From Myxococcales bacterium (lineage in GTDB: Bacteria; Myxococcota_A; Polyangia; Nannocystales; Nannocystaceae), in contig JAAZXR010000092.1 in the NCBI GenBank assembly GCA_014240065.1, positions 1 through 13,525 on the forward strand: DNA of 13,525 bases. The letters are read 5' to 3'. The notes beneath the pieces are model-generated. The model saw only the letters and a program-made list of their open reading frames with translations. It ran no database searches and was not told the DNA's origin. Position numbers and translations under genes: made by a program. Below are positions 5,955-13,525 of the stretch, piece after piece. Each line of letters begins with the position of its first letter. The first letter of the stretch is position 1.

Positions 5955-7910
5955 TTAGTTGCTTTCGGCCGCGCCCGCAGTCAACACCTCGTCGCCCAGG
6001 AGCGAGGTCACGACGCCGCGGAGACGCGATGGCTGGACGGGCTTGGAGACAGCCCGGAGCAGGCCGGTCGAATCGTGGGGGATTGTCTCGCTTGAGTAGG
6101 CGGTGAGCACGATGATCGGCAGCCCCGGATCGTGCTCGCGTGCGCGCGTGCACAGCTCTGCCCCTGACATCTTGGGCATCATCATGTCCGTCATCAAGAG
6201 CGCGTAGTGCCCCGGTGGGTGCGCGGCTAAGAGCTCGGCTCCCATGACGCCATCCTCGGCGCTGTCGGCCTCGAATCCCCAGCGAGCCAAGAGCCGGGTG
6301 AGGGTTTTGCGAACTCCCTGCATGTCATCGACGACGAGCGCTCGAAGGCTGCGGCCGGACTGCGGGGCCACGGTCTGGGCTGGCGATGTTTCGTGTTCGA
6401 GTGGGAACGTGAGGCGAAATGTCGTGCCCTCTCCGAGGGTCGAGTCTACCTCGACCGTACCGCACTGACTGTCGAGGATCGCCTGCACGCTGGCGAGTCC
6501 GAGTCCTGTGCCGGAGGTTGGACTCTTGGTGGTGAACAGAGGCTCAAAAATTCGCGACTGCACCTCATCAGACATCCCCGCGCCGTCGTCTGCAACACTC
6601 AACATGCCGCAAATATCGTGGCCGTGTTGAACTCGCCGCGTCTGTAACGTGATCGTTCCGGCGCCCGTGATGGCGTCTCGGGCGTTGCACACCAGGTTGG
6701 TGAGGATTTGCGTAACTTGGGATTCGTGAAGTGCGATCACGATGTCCGATTTTTCGAGATTGGTTTCTAGGGTCACGCTCTCACGGAGGAGGCCGCGTAA
6801 CGGACCCGACATTGAGTCGATGCAGGAGTTGAGCTCGCAGGTCCCGGGCAGAGTGCCTTGCTTGCGGGTGATGCCGAGGAGTCGAGAGGCTAGCGTGCTC
6901 GCTTGATCCGCGGCTACGTGGAGGTCGCTGAGCATCTCTTTTTCGTCCGCGGTCAAGTTCGTAGACTCTTGGAGCTCTAGGGCGTTGGTGATTACGACCA
7001 TGAGCATGTTGTTGAAGTCGTGGGAGAGCGCGCCGGCCATCCGGCCCATGGCTTCAAGCTGCTGCGCTTGCTCAAGCTGTAGGCGGATGATCTCCTCCCG
7101 TCGGAGATCCTTGACCGTGGCGATCAGGACCGCGTCCTCTCCGAGCACTACCTTCTGCGATCGGATGAGAACGGGGAAGATATCTCCACTCGCATTTTGA
7201 AATTCGGTTTTGAAGGTGACCTCTTCGCCGATGCTCATGTTGCCCTTGGCGGCGAGCTTGTTGTCGGTGTCTCCATGCAGGTCCTTGACTCGCATGTCAC
7301 GGAGGTCCGAGAGTGAGTAGCCAAGCACCTCGATGGCGTTGGGGTTCGCCTCAAGGATGCGCCCTCGCGTGTCGTGGATGAACAGCGCGTCGCTGGAGTT
7401 TTGAAAGAAGGTATGAAAGCGAACTTGCTCGCGCGCGAGGGACTCTCGAGTGCGCTGTATGTCGGTGACGTCGCGCGCGAGGACCATACAAATCGGCGAG
7501 GGATCACATCGGACGCACGCGAGGCTTAAATCGAGGATCCTATCTTCACCCGAGACATGCCTGCCCTTCACGCGGACCCATCGCGCAGGAGGAGCTGAGC
7601 ACCCGAGGTTCGCGAGCGCGCGAGCGTGTCTGTAGATCGTCGAGACATCTTCTCGCTCAAACAGATCCTCGAGGGTGCTGTTACACAGCACCGCGTTGGG
7701 GCACCCGAGGATCTCGGAGATCCGCGGGTTCGCGCTGATGATGGCGCCGTCGAGTCCGAACGTCAGCATTCCGTCGCTGCCACACTCGGCGGCGAACTCA
7801 AGCATTTCTTGTCTTTGAACCGACGCTAGATCTGCGTTGGTCTCAGGTGTCGCACCATCGGAGACGTCTGCGATGGTGGTGACCGCTTTGTGTTCTCGGC
7901 GGGAGCTCAT
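5955..7910 (-). CDS. Cytoplasmic hybrid sensor histidine kinase: two PAS domains, HisKA (SHDFNN), HATPase_c (GTGLGLA), C-terminal receiver domain (LVVDD...D..MP). Start taken at MSSRREHK (7910); the track ORF extends to 8108
   Basis: Motifs read directly: H-box ALSHDFNNML; N/G boxes LTNLVCNARDA, DDGAGM, GTGLGLASV; REC ALVVDDMQ...LLMTDMMMP...IIVLTAY. No TM segments. A start at 8108 would overlap the upstream SPFH gene by 74 bp, so 7910 is preferred. Confidence 0.8.
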   Translation of the reverse strand: MSSRREHKAVTTIADVSDGATPETNADLASVQRQEMLEFAAECGSDGMLTFGLDGAIISANPRISEILGCPNAVLCNSTLEDLFEREDVSTIYRHARALANLGCSAPPARWVRVKGRHVSGEDRILDLSLACVRCDPSPICMVLARDVTDIQRTRESLAREQVRFHTFFQNSSDALFIHDTRGRILEANPNAIEVLGYSLSDLRDMRVKDLHGDTDNKLAAKGNMSIGEEVTFKTEFQNASGDIFPVLIRSQKVVLGEDAVLIATVKDLRREEIIRLQLEQAQQLEAMGRMAGALSHDFNNMLMVVITNALELQESTNLTADEKEMLSDLHVAADQASTLASRLLGITRKQGTLPGTCELNSCIDSMSGPLRGLLRESVTLETNLEKSDIVIALHESQVTQILTNLVCNARDAITGAGTITLQTRRVQHGHDICGMLSVADDGAGMSDEVQSRIFEPLFTTKSPTSGTGLGLASVQAILDSQCGTVEVDSTLGEGTTFRLTFPLEHETSPAQTVAPQSGRSLRALVVDDMQGVRKTLTRLLARWGFEADSAEDGVMGAELLAAHPPGHYALLMTDMMMPKMSGAELCTRAREHDPGLPIIVLTAYSSETIPHDSTGLLRAVSKPVQPSRLRGVVTSLLGDEVLTAGAAESN

Positions 7911-8034
7911 CGGTGGTGGTTCGACCGTCGTCACGGGACTGTAGCAACCAAACGCGTCTTCATGTGCGTCGTTACTCCGCCGCCATGCCCTGTTTTGCAC
8001 AGGGGGTCGAATGGCTTGAGAACGTTGATTGTCG

Positions 8035-9156
8035 CTATAAGGGTGCAAGTATTTCGCCCTCTTTCGCGTCGTACTCCTCTTGAGTGAGCAGGCCGACATC
8101 GAAGGCACCTTTGAGCTTGAGCAGCTTATCTTGCAAGGTGCCCGCGGCGGGAGCGGCAGGAGCGGCCTGCGGAGGAGGAGCCGCGTGTGGCGGCGGCGCG
8201 TGCCCCTGGGGCGGATAGCCCGGCTGCGGTGGGTAGCCCGGCGGTGGATAGCCCGGTTGGGGACCCGCGGCGCCCCTCATGTGCCCCCTCATGTTGCCCA
8301 TGCCCATGCCCATACCCATGCCCATACCGGCGCCCATCACTCCGCCGGCGCTGCCGCCTTTGTGGGAGTTGCGGGCCATGTCGCGCATGCCCTGCATGGC
8401 CTCCCATCCCATGGTGTTGTCGACGCCACGAGCGGACTGGGCCGCCGCGGCGTCGATCGCCTGCTCGATCTCCTTGGGCAGCGAGATGTTCTCGATGATC
8501 ATGGAGGTGAGCGCAATACCGATGGCGCCGAAGTCGTCGGCGATGTCGTCACGGACTGCGTCGGCGAGCACGTCGTAGTGGCCGGCCATGTCCATGACCG
8601 ACAGCTCGCTCTTGCTCGCGGCTTGGGTGAACGACGAGACGAGGCGGCTCTTCAAGAAGCGCTCAATGTCGTCGGTGGTCACGCAGGCGTTGGTGCCCAC
8701 GATCTCCTTGAAGAACAGCCCTGGATCGGTGACCCGGAAGTTGTAGTTTCCGAAGGCGCGGATGCGGATCCGTCCGGGGCGATTGCCCACGGCGAACTCG
8801 GGGTCGCGGATGAGCACCGGGTTCGACGTGCCCCACTTCTGGTCGAGGTATTGCCTCAAATTGATGAAGTAAATCTCCACCTTGTACGGTGACTCGAAGC
8901 CGTGCTTCCACCCGCGCAAGGTGGAGAGCACCGGCACGTTTTCTGTGCTCAAGGTGTGCGTGCCGGGTCCGAAGACGTCGGCCATGACACATTCGCTCAC
9001 GAGCACCGCCGCTTGACCCTGTCGGCACACAAGCTGCGCGCCGTTCTTGATCTCGTGATCGTCGTCTGGGAAGCGCCAGACGAGCGTGTGGTTGGAGTCG
9101 TCGAGCCATTCGACGATCTCGATGAGTTGACTGCGGATAAAGCTCATGATGCCCAT
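8035..9156 (-). CDS. SPFH/band-7 domain protein of the YdjI/COG4260 type. After the SPFH core comes a Met/His-rich (GM)n and (PGYPP)n low-complexity linker, then a C-terminal SHOCT-like domain
   Basis: N-terminus MGIMSFIRSQLIEIVEWLDD...LVWRFP is characteristic of the COG4260 SPFH family. C-terminus LQDKLLKLKGAFDVGLLTQEEYDAKEGEIL is SHOCT-like. Low complexity: GAGMGMGMGMGMGNMRGHMRG, PGYPPPGYPPQPGYPPQG. Confidence 0.75.
   Translation of the reverse strand: MGIMSFIRSQLIEIVEWLDDSNHTLVWRFPDDDHEIKNGAQLVCRQGQAAVLVSECVMADVFGPGTHTLSTENVPVLSTLRGWKHGFESPYKVEIYFINLRQYLDQKWGTSNPVLIRDPEFAVGNRPGRIRIRAFGNYNFRVTDPGLFFKEIVGTNACVTTDDIERFLKSRLVSSFTQAASKSELSVMDMAGHYDVLADAVRDDIADDFGAIGIALTSMIIENISLPKEIEQAIDAAAAQSARGVDNTMGWEAMQGMRDMARNSHKGGSAGGVMGAGMGMGMGMGMGNMRGHMRGAAGPQPGYPPPGYPPQPGYPPQGHAPPPHAAPPPQAAPAAPAAGTLQDKLLKLKGAFDVGLLTQEEYDAKEGEILAPL
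8210..8337 (-). repeat. Coding micro-repeats inside the SPFH gene: about 15-nt (GGATAGCCCGGCTGC-like) copies encoding PGYPP repeats (about 8210-8265) and a hexamer (GCCCAT/GCCCATA)n encoding the (GM)n run (about 8296-8337)
   Basis: Direct reading of lines 8161-8340. Confidence 0.8.
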
Positions 9157-9238
9157 GACGTTGCTCGTTTCTCAAAAAGGGTTGTGCGGGAGTGCGCGGG
9201 GAGCCCCGCGCTTGGTAGATACCCCGCGGTCGAAAGAT

Positions 9239-9592
9239 TTATTTCAGGGCCTCGGCGCTGGCGCTCTGCTCAATTTCGCCGAATTCCTGGTTGCTGAGAC
9301 CAAACGCGTCGGCGAAGGCGCCCATGGCCTTGCGCTCCTCGGCGCTGAACGTGCCGTCGGCGCGGACGAGGGCCATGGCGGCGCGCATGAAAAAGCGCCG
9401 CTTGTACGTGGACTCGAGGATCATCGCGGCCTCGAGTGGGTGGAACTTTCCACCGAGGTTTTCGAGGGTGAGATCGCTCCCCGACTCACTTAGAAACTCC
9501 TTGATGAGGTTGGTCTCTCGTTCGTCGATGCCGTCCACATCCGCGAGGTAGTAAAGCCCCCGCGCAAACACTTCTACTTCTTCAGGATTCAT
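9239..9592 (-). CDS. TerB-like (tellurite-resistance TerB / DjlA N-domain fold) small cytoplasmic protein, immediately upstream of the SPFH gene on the same strand
   Basis: Two copies of the D-G-x(4-5)-E signature typical of TerB-family helical bundles (LADVDGIDERETNLIKEF; LVRADGTFSAEERKAMGAFADAFGL); 117 aa; high GC3. Confidence 0.5.
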   Translation of the reverse strand: MNPEEVEVFARGLYYLADVDGIDERETNLIKEFLSESGSDLTLENLGGKFHPLEAAMILESTYKRRFFMRAAMALVRADGTFSAEERKAMGAFADAFGLSNQEFGEIEQSASAEALK

Positions 9593-9598
9593 GTTGGG

Positions 9599-9631
9599 GG
9601 GATCCTACGGGGTTCGCCGCCGTAGATCCAC
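9599..9631 (-). promoter_or_regulatory. Imperfect 10/11-bp inverted repeat (GGATCCTACGG ... CCGTAGATCC). In the minus-strand transcript its 3' arm contains the AGGA Shine-Dalgarno of the TerB-like gene, so it could be a translational-control hairpin
   Basis: Minus-strand RNA reads GGAUCUACGG-CGGCGAACC-CCGUAGGAUCC-CCCAAC-AUG. No U-tract follows, so it is not an intrinsic terminator. Confidence 0.3.
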
Positions 9632-9720
9632 GCTCTACGACCTCGCGGGCGTGGTTGGTCCTAAAACGTCGTCAGGAGCCGACATCGACCGATCTCGACG
9701 CCTTTGGCGCAGGGGGACAG

Positions 9721-10248
9721 CTACTTGCTCACGCGGAGCACTTCGAAGTTGCGGAGCAAGGGGCCGGCGTCGGCGAGCTTGGGATGGTTCACCTCCACGG
9801 TCCAGCGGCCTGCCGTAGCGTGCGCCTCTGGGAGCATGGCGACCACTTCTCGGGTGGCTTCGTCGAGTACGGGCGCCGTGACGTGTCGGGTGTCCTCGGA
9901 GGACCACACGACCTCACTCGCGAGGGCGTCTGCTGCCGAGGAGCTTGACGCGAGCCGCAGCACGATGGGATCGCCGAGGGTGAAGTACTGCTGCGGCTGG
10001 CCGTCGCCGCCGGGGATGCCGAGCCGCGCCGCGATGGGAGACGCTCTCCCGGCCTGGGGGGAGGTCACGGCGAAGCTCATCTCGGTTGGTGGCGCGTTGT
10101 GGCCGTCGGCTTGCAGACTCACGGAATACACAGGTGCATCTGCGCACCCCACGACCGACAGGGCGATAGGGAGGATCAGAACGAGAAACCGGCCGATAGG
10201 GGCTGCCACGGCCGTGATATCTGCGTTTCCTGTGCCACATGGGAACAC
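9721..10248 (-). CDS. Hypothetical lipoprotein (signal ...LPIALSVVGC), 175 aa
   Basis: Track ORF with an h-region followed by V-V-G-C lipobox. Same strand as the TerB-like and SPFH genes, so possibly co-transcribed. Divergent from the S41 peptidase gene. Confidence 0.6.
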   Translation of the reverse strand: MFPCGTGNADITAVAAPIGRFLVLILPIALSVVGCADAPVYSVSLQADGHNAPPTEMSFAVTSPQAGRASPIAARLGIPGGDGQPQQYFTLGDPIVLRLASSSSAADALASEVVWSSEDTRHVTAPVLDEATREVVAMLPEAHATAGRWTVEVNHPKLADAGPLLRNFEVLRVSK

Positions 10249-10371
10249 CTGTACTTCTCGACACTTGGACCTTCTAGGGCGCTCAAAAAGATGTCATATA
10301 TATATCTTGGATTCAATAAATATATTCATGGGAGAGAGTCGGAGCGGTCTCGGAGCGGCTATGCTCCGGCC
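10249..10371. promoter_or_regulatory. AT-rich divergent promoter region (about 50 bp at 30% GC in an otherwise roughly 70% GC context) containing (TA)5 and two 9-bp direct repeats TCGGAGCGG spaced 11 bp apart just upstream of the peptidase start
   Basis: caaaaagatgtcatatatatatcttggattcaataaatatattcat is AT-rich; tcggagcgg at 10339-10347 and 10350-10358. Confidence 0.5.
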
Positions 10372-13300
10372 GTGCGAACGCTGCGCTACGCGCTCTATGC
10401 GATTTTGTTGGTGGCGTTCGGATGTGGCGAAGGCTCCAAGTCCCTCGGTCCCGGTGTCAGCGAGACCACCTCGGATGCGGCTGGCCCCAGTGATGCTGGC
10501 GCGGCGGTCGCCGTGGCCCAGACGCCGACACCCAGTCTTGAGCAGCGCCTCAAGCTCGATGATCGACCGTTTCCGCTGCTGACCTGGTCGGCGTACCTGA
10601 TCGACGTGGAGTACTACGACCGAGGTCGCTTCGACCTTCGCCGGCAGCTTGAATCGACCCTGCGGGCGCTCGAGAGTCACGCGCCGGAAATCAGCGGGGT
10701 GCTCGAGGGAGACAGCGTCGTCATGACCGTCGAGGCCGAGCGACGGCGCATCGAGTTTGGTCCGCCCACCACGACCGTGGAGGCCTCGGACATCGTGGCC
10801 TCCGCGCTCTCGTTCGCCCAAGAGGTGCTCGGCTTGCCAGACGAGGATCTGCACAAGCTCGAATATGCGGCCATCGACGGGTTGTTCGCGCCCCTCGATC
10901 CGCACACCGTGCTGCTCCCTCCCGAAGCGGCGGCGGATCTCGGCGTCAAGACCCGCGGACATTTCGGCGGAATCGGGGCGGAGATTCGCTCCTTTGAGCG
11001 TCGCATCCTCATTCGGCGTGTGCTGCCCGATTCGCCCGCCGAAAAAGCGGGCGCAGAGGACGGCGATCTCTTGGTGAAGATCGACGGCCAGTCCACGGTG
11101 AACATGCGTACGGTCGACGCGCAGCAGCTCTTGCGCGGACCGGTGGGCGTGGACGTGACCGTGCGGGTGATTCGTGACGGCGCCTACCTCAACCTCACGA
11201 TCACCCGTGGGAAGATTCGGCTCCCCACCACGCGGCACGTGCTGCTGCCCGGCGGCATCGGCTACGTGGGGTTGCTGTCGTTCCAAGCCGACACCACCGA
11301 GCGGATGGTGGAGGCCATCAAGTCGCTGCGAGCAGCGAGCGAGGAGGGCGAGGGGCTGCGGGGCTTGCTGCTCGACCTGCGCGGGAATTCGGGTGGCCTG
11401 CTCAGCCAAGCCACGGCGGTCGTGGATCAGTTCGTGGACGTGGGGGACCTCGTGCTCGTGCATTCGGCGGAGAGCACTGAGGTGGAGCGCGCCACCCGAT
11501 CGATGGCGGTGGCTCGAGATCTGCCGTTGGTCGTGCTCATTGATGAGCAGAGCGCCTCCGCGTCCGAGATCGTCTCCGGTTCGCTCAAACACCTCGGCCG
11601 CGCGGCGGTGGTGGGTCGCTCCTCGTTCGGGAAGGGCACGGTGCAGATGCTCCGCGAGGCCACGCCCTACGGCGCAGACCTCGCGCTCAAGATGACCATC
11701 GCGGAGTATCGCGTGGCGGGGGATCGCAAGATCAACGCCGTCGGTGTGCGGCCGCAGGTGACGCTGCTGCCGGTGCAGCTTTCGGAGCTTCCTGGGGTGG
11801 TGCGCTACTACGACCGCGAGCGGTTCGTGCGTTGGCGGCAGCGCTACCAGACCTCGTTTTTGCCGTCGTCGGTCCACGACGAGGGCGCGGACGCGTTCGC
11901 GCTGCCCGAGGGTCCGCTCATTCGATACCTCGATGACGCAGGGGATGTGGAATCGGACGCCAGCGTGAGCGAAGAGGTGAAGGACTACATGGTCGACGCG
12001 GAGGTACGCATCGCGCGATCATTGGCCGAGGCGCTGGTGCCCCACGCTGGCCAAGAGGCGCGGCGCGCGTCCCTGGAGACCTTCATCGCGCAGGCTCGCG
12101 AGGGGCAGCGCGTGAAGATTGAGGCCGATCTCGCCAAGCAAAAAGTGGACTGGACGCGCGCCCCCGAGGGGATCGCGCAGCCGCCCCTGGAGCTGCGGGC
12201 GTGGATCGACGCCAAGGGCGGCATCGAGAGCGGCGAGCCCTTCGAACTGAAGTTTGAGGTACACAACACGGGAGCGACCGACGCACATCGCGTGCGCGTG
12301 GTGACCGACTGCCCGCTCGACGAGCTCGATGGGATCGAGTTCTTGTTCGGGAAGGTGCGCGCAAATTCTCGCGTGACGCGGCGCATCGAGCTGCAGGTCA
12401 TGCCGTGGGACGCCTCGCTCGTCGAACGCCTCACTGTGGAGCTTTGGCAAGACGAGGACGCGGCGGCGCGGACGAGCGCCGAGGTGGATCTGGTGGTGCG
12501 AGGCCGCCCCCGGCCGCGCTTCGAATTCGATTGGTGGGTGATGGACGATCCCGCGCTGGTTCGAAGGAGCCCGAAGCGACCCAAGCCGCGGTTCCCGGTG
12601 GACGTGCCGTTCGACGTCGCGGGTAACGGCGACGGCGTGTTGCAGCCGGGGGAGCGGGTGCTCATCGCGTTCACCGCGACCAATGTTGGGGCGGGAGAGT
12701 CCGTCGACACGCGCGTCATCCTCAACAACCACAGCGGCGTGCAGGGACTGCTCGAGGAGGGCAACGTCTCTCTCGCGAGCGTGCGCGCCGGAGGCACGGT
12801 GTCGGGGGCGTTCGGGCTCAGCGTCTCGCCCGAGGCGGTGGCGGGCAAGGCGATGGACCTCGAGCTGCTCGTTGGCGACGCGCACCTGCGCGAGAGCACG
12901 GGCACCGACATCCGTCTACCCGTGGCGCCCGCGTCATCCGCGAAGCGTGCGTCCGCGAAGGGAAAGTACCGCGTCGTCGCAGAGAGCGCGCGACTGTACG
13001 CCGGCGCGCACGCCGACAGCGTGCAGGTGATGGAGGTGCCGCGTGACTCGATCCTGCGCGGCGAGGTCATCCAAGGCCGCTGGCTGGGCGTGCGAGCCCC
13101 CGCCCGCCGCAGGCTCTGGGTGCCGCTCGACGTTCTTGAGGAGACGCGCAAGGGCAGCGTGACGCGCTTGACCACCGCCGCGCTCGTGGCTCCGCCGGTG
13201 GTGACCGTAGAGGCGCTCGCGACGACGACCAACGCCGAGAGCGTCACGTTGCGCGGCGTGGCTACGCACCCGGTGGGGGTGGGCGACGTGACCGTACACG

Positions 13301-13525
13301 TGGAGTCGACCGACCCAGCCTTGCCGGTCCGCAAGGTGTTGTATCGCTCCGCCTCTGCACCCGCCGACGAGGGAGCGCCGGCGTTGGTGTCGGTGCCGGC
13401 GCGCGACGCCAAGAGGCCCGCCAAGCTAGTGCGCACCTCGTTGTCGTTTGAGGTGAGCATCCCGCTCGCGCCTGGATCCAACAAGATCTTCGTGCGCGCG
13501 CGCGACGCCTACGGCGTCGAGGGGG
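10372..13525 (+). CDS. C-terminal-processing peptidase (S41 family; PDZ + catalytic Ser/Lys core) with a signal peptide and a C-terminal extension of more than 600 aa containing CARDB-like beta-sandwich repeats. 3' end lies beyond the window. GTG start
   Basis: My translation of frame 1, which has no stop to the window end and so is absent from the ORF track. Signal (M)RTLRYALYAILLVAFGC; PDZ GHFGGIGAEIR...VLPDSPAEKAG...GDLLVKIDG; S41 motifs LLLDLRGNSGGLL, VLIDEQSASASEIVSG, SSFGKGTVQ. The extension has ELKFEVHNTGATDAHRVRV and FTATNVGAGESVDTRVIL, which I tentatively call CARDB-like. The long minus-strand ORFs 10294..11877 and 11985..13484 are its antisense shadows. Confidence 0.8.
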   Translation, partial: MRTLRYALYAILLVAFGCGEGSKSLGPGVSETTSDAAGPSDAGAAVAVAQTPTPSLEQRLKLDDRPFPLLTWSAYLIDVEYYDRGRFDLRRQLESTLRALESHAPEISGVLEGDSVVMTVEAERRRIEFGPPTTTVEASDIVASALSFAQEVLGLPDEDLHKLEYAAIDGLFAPLDPHTVLLPPEAAADLGVKTRGHFGGIGAEIRSFERRILIRRVLPDSPAEKAGAEDGDLLVKIDGQSTVNMRTVDAQQLLRGPVGVDVTVRVIRDGAYLNLTITRGKIRLPTTRHVLLPGGIGYVGLLSFQADTTERMVEAIKSLRAASEEGEGLRGLLLDLRGNSGGLLSQATAVVDQFVDVGDLVLVHSAESTEVERATRSMAVARDLPLVVLIDEQSASASEIVSGSLKHLGRAAVVGRSSFGKGTVQMLREATPYGADLALKMTIAEYRVAGDRKINAVGVRPQVTLLPVQLSELPGVVRYYDRERFVRWRQRYQTSFLPSSVHDEGADAFALPEGPLIRYLDDAGDVESDASVSEEVKDYMVDAEVRIARSLAEALVPHAGQEARRASLETFIAQAREGQRVKIEADLAKQKVDWTRAPEGIAQPPLELRAWIDAKGGIESGEPFELKFEVHNTGATDAHRVRVVTDCPLDELDGIEFLFGKVRANSRVTRRIELQVMPWDASLVERLTVELWQDEDAAARTSAEVDLVVRGRPRPRFEFDWWVMDDPALVRRSPKRPKPRFPVDVPFDVAGNGDGVLQPGERVLIAFTATNVGAGESVDTRVILNNHSGVQGLLEEGNVSLASVRAGGTVSGAFGLSVSPEAVAGKAMDLELLVGDAHLRESTGTDIRLPVAPASSAKRASAKGKYRVVAESARLYAGAHADSVQVMEVPRDSILRGEVIQGRWLGVRAPARRRLWVPLDVLEETRKGSVTRLTTAALVAPPVVTVEALATTTNAESVTLRGVATHPVGVGDVTVHVESTDPALPVRKVLYRSASAPADEGAPALVSVPARDAKRPAKLVRTSLSFEVSIPLAPGSNKIFVRARDAYGVEG

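Noticed and set aside
8034-8101. Apparent 1-nt disagreement between my manual reading and the ORF-track frames around the SPFH 3' end
   Set aside because: This is most likely my own counting or reading error. The track shows one continuous frame with a coherent SHOCT C-terminus, so I do not claim a frameshift or pseudogene here.
8080-8892. + strand ORF of 270 aa with a His-rich stretch (HAHAHTHAHTGAHH), and ORFs 8187..8498, 8279..8578
   Set aside because: They are antisense or out of frame relative to the (GM)n and (PGYPP)n coding repeats of the SPFH gene. The His/Pro/Met-rich strings are repeat artefacts.
9190-9215. Inverted repeat GCGCGGGG-agc-CCCCGCGC between the TerB-like and SPFH genes as an intrinsic terminator
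   Set aside because: An 8-bp GC stem is present, but the nearest T-run on the minus strand is about 14 nt away, so it is not convincing as a terminator. It may still be an mRNA-processing or stability hairpin.
10291-10371. ATG at 10291 as the start of the S41 peptidase (in-frame, upstream of GTG 10372)
   Set aside because: It would add 27 residues encoded by the AT-rich promoter-like block (SYIYLGFNKYIH...) ahead of an otherwise normal signal peptide. GTG 10372 gives M-RTLRYALYAILLVAFGC directly.
10294-13484. Long minus-strand ORFs 10294..11877 (527 aa) and 11985..13484 (499 aa)
   Set aside because: They are antisense to the S41 peptidase reading frame, which has unambiguous PDZ and Ser/Lys catalytic motifs. 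Their translations are Arg/Ser-rich without motifs.

Overview
This window is high-GC (about 68-70%) bacterial chromosomal DNA. The density of lipoproteins, frequent GTG/TTG starts, a cytoplasmic PAS hybrid kinase and Ala/Pro-rich linkers suggest a Myxococcota-like genome, but that is inference only. Eleven protein-coding genes are supported, plus one tRNA and several non-coding and repeat features.

Coding genes and RNA:
- a lipoprotein with an (AKEAAP)n linker and a 12-cysteine C-terminal module
- a beta-propeller-like lipoprotein
- an SGNH/GDSL hydrolase lipoprotein
- a stand-alone tRNA-Lys(CTT) with its own near-consensus promoter and a strong terminator
- an orphan CoA-transferase B subunit (ScoB/AtoA/PcaJ family)
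- a lipoprotein whose C-terminal alpha/beta-hydrolase domain has Gly at the nucleophile position
- a soluble hybrid PAS-PAS-HisKA-HATPase-REC kinase
- a small hypothetical lipoprotein, a TerB-like protein and a YdjI-like SPFH/SHOCT protein, tandem on the minus strand and possibly one operon
- a large C-terminal-processing (S41) peptidase with a long extension that runs off the window

Non-coding and repeat features:
- a G-quadruplex-capable (TGCTGGG)8 heptamer array cut by the window edge
- a 15-bp triple direct repeat
- a perfectly conserved 18-bp coding VNTR
- hexamer and 15-mer coding repeats inside the SPFH gene
- a candidate 12-codon Cys-rich leader ORF with a near-perfect extended SD whose stop overlaps (ATGA) the start of the Cys-rich lipoprotein gene
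- a hairpin that would sequester the SD of the TerB-like gene
- an AT-rich island containing (TA)5 and two direct repeats in a divergent promoter

No CRISPR array, IS element, integrase or rRNA gene is visible. I found no single canonical known system; the TerB + SPFH/SHOCT pair and the leader-ORF/Cys-rich lipoprotein locus are the most system-like candidates.

Coordinates I derived by hand may be off by about 1-2 nt. I saw a one-nucleotide disagreement between my counting and the ORF track near 8034-8100 and deferred to the track.
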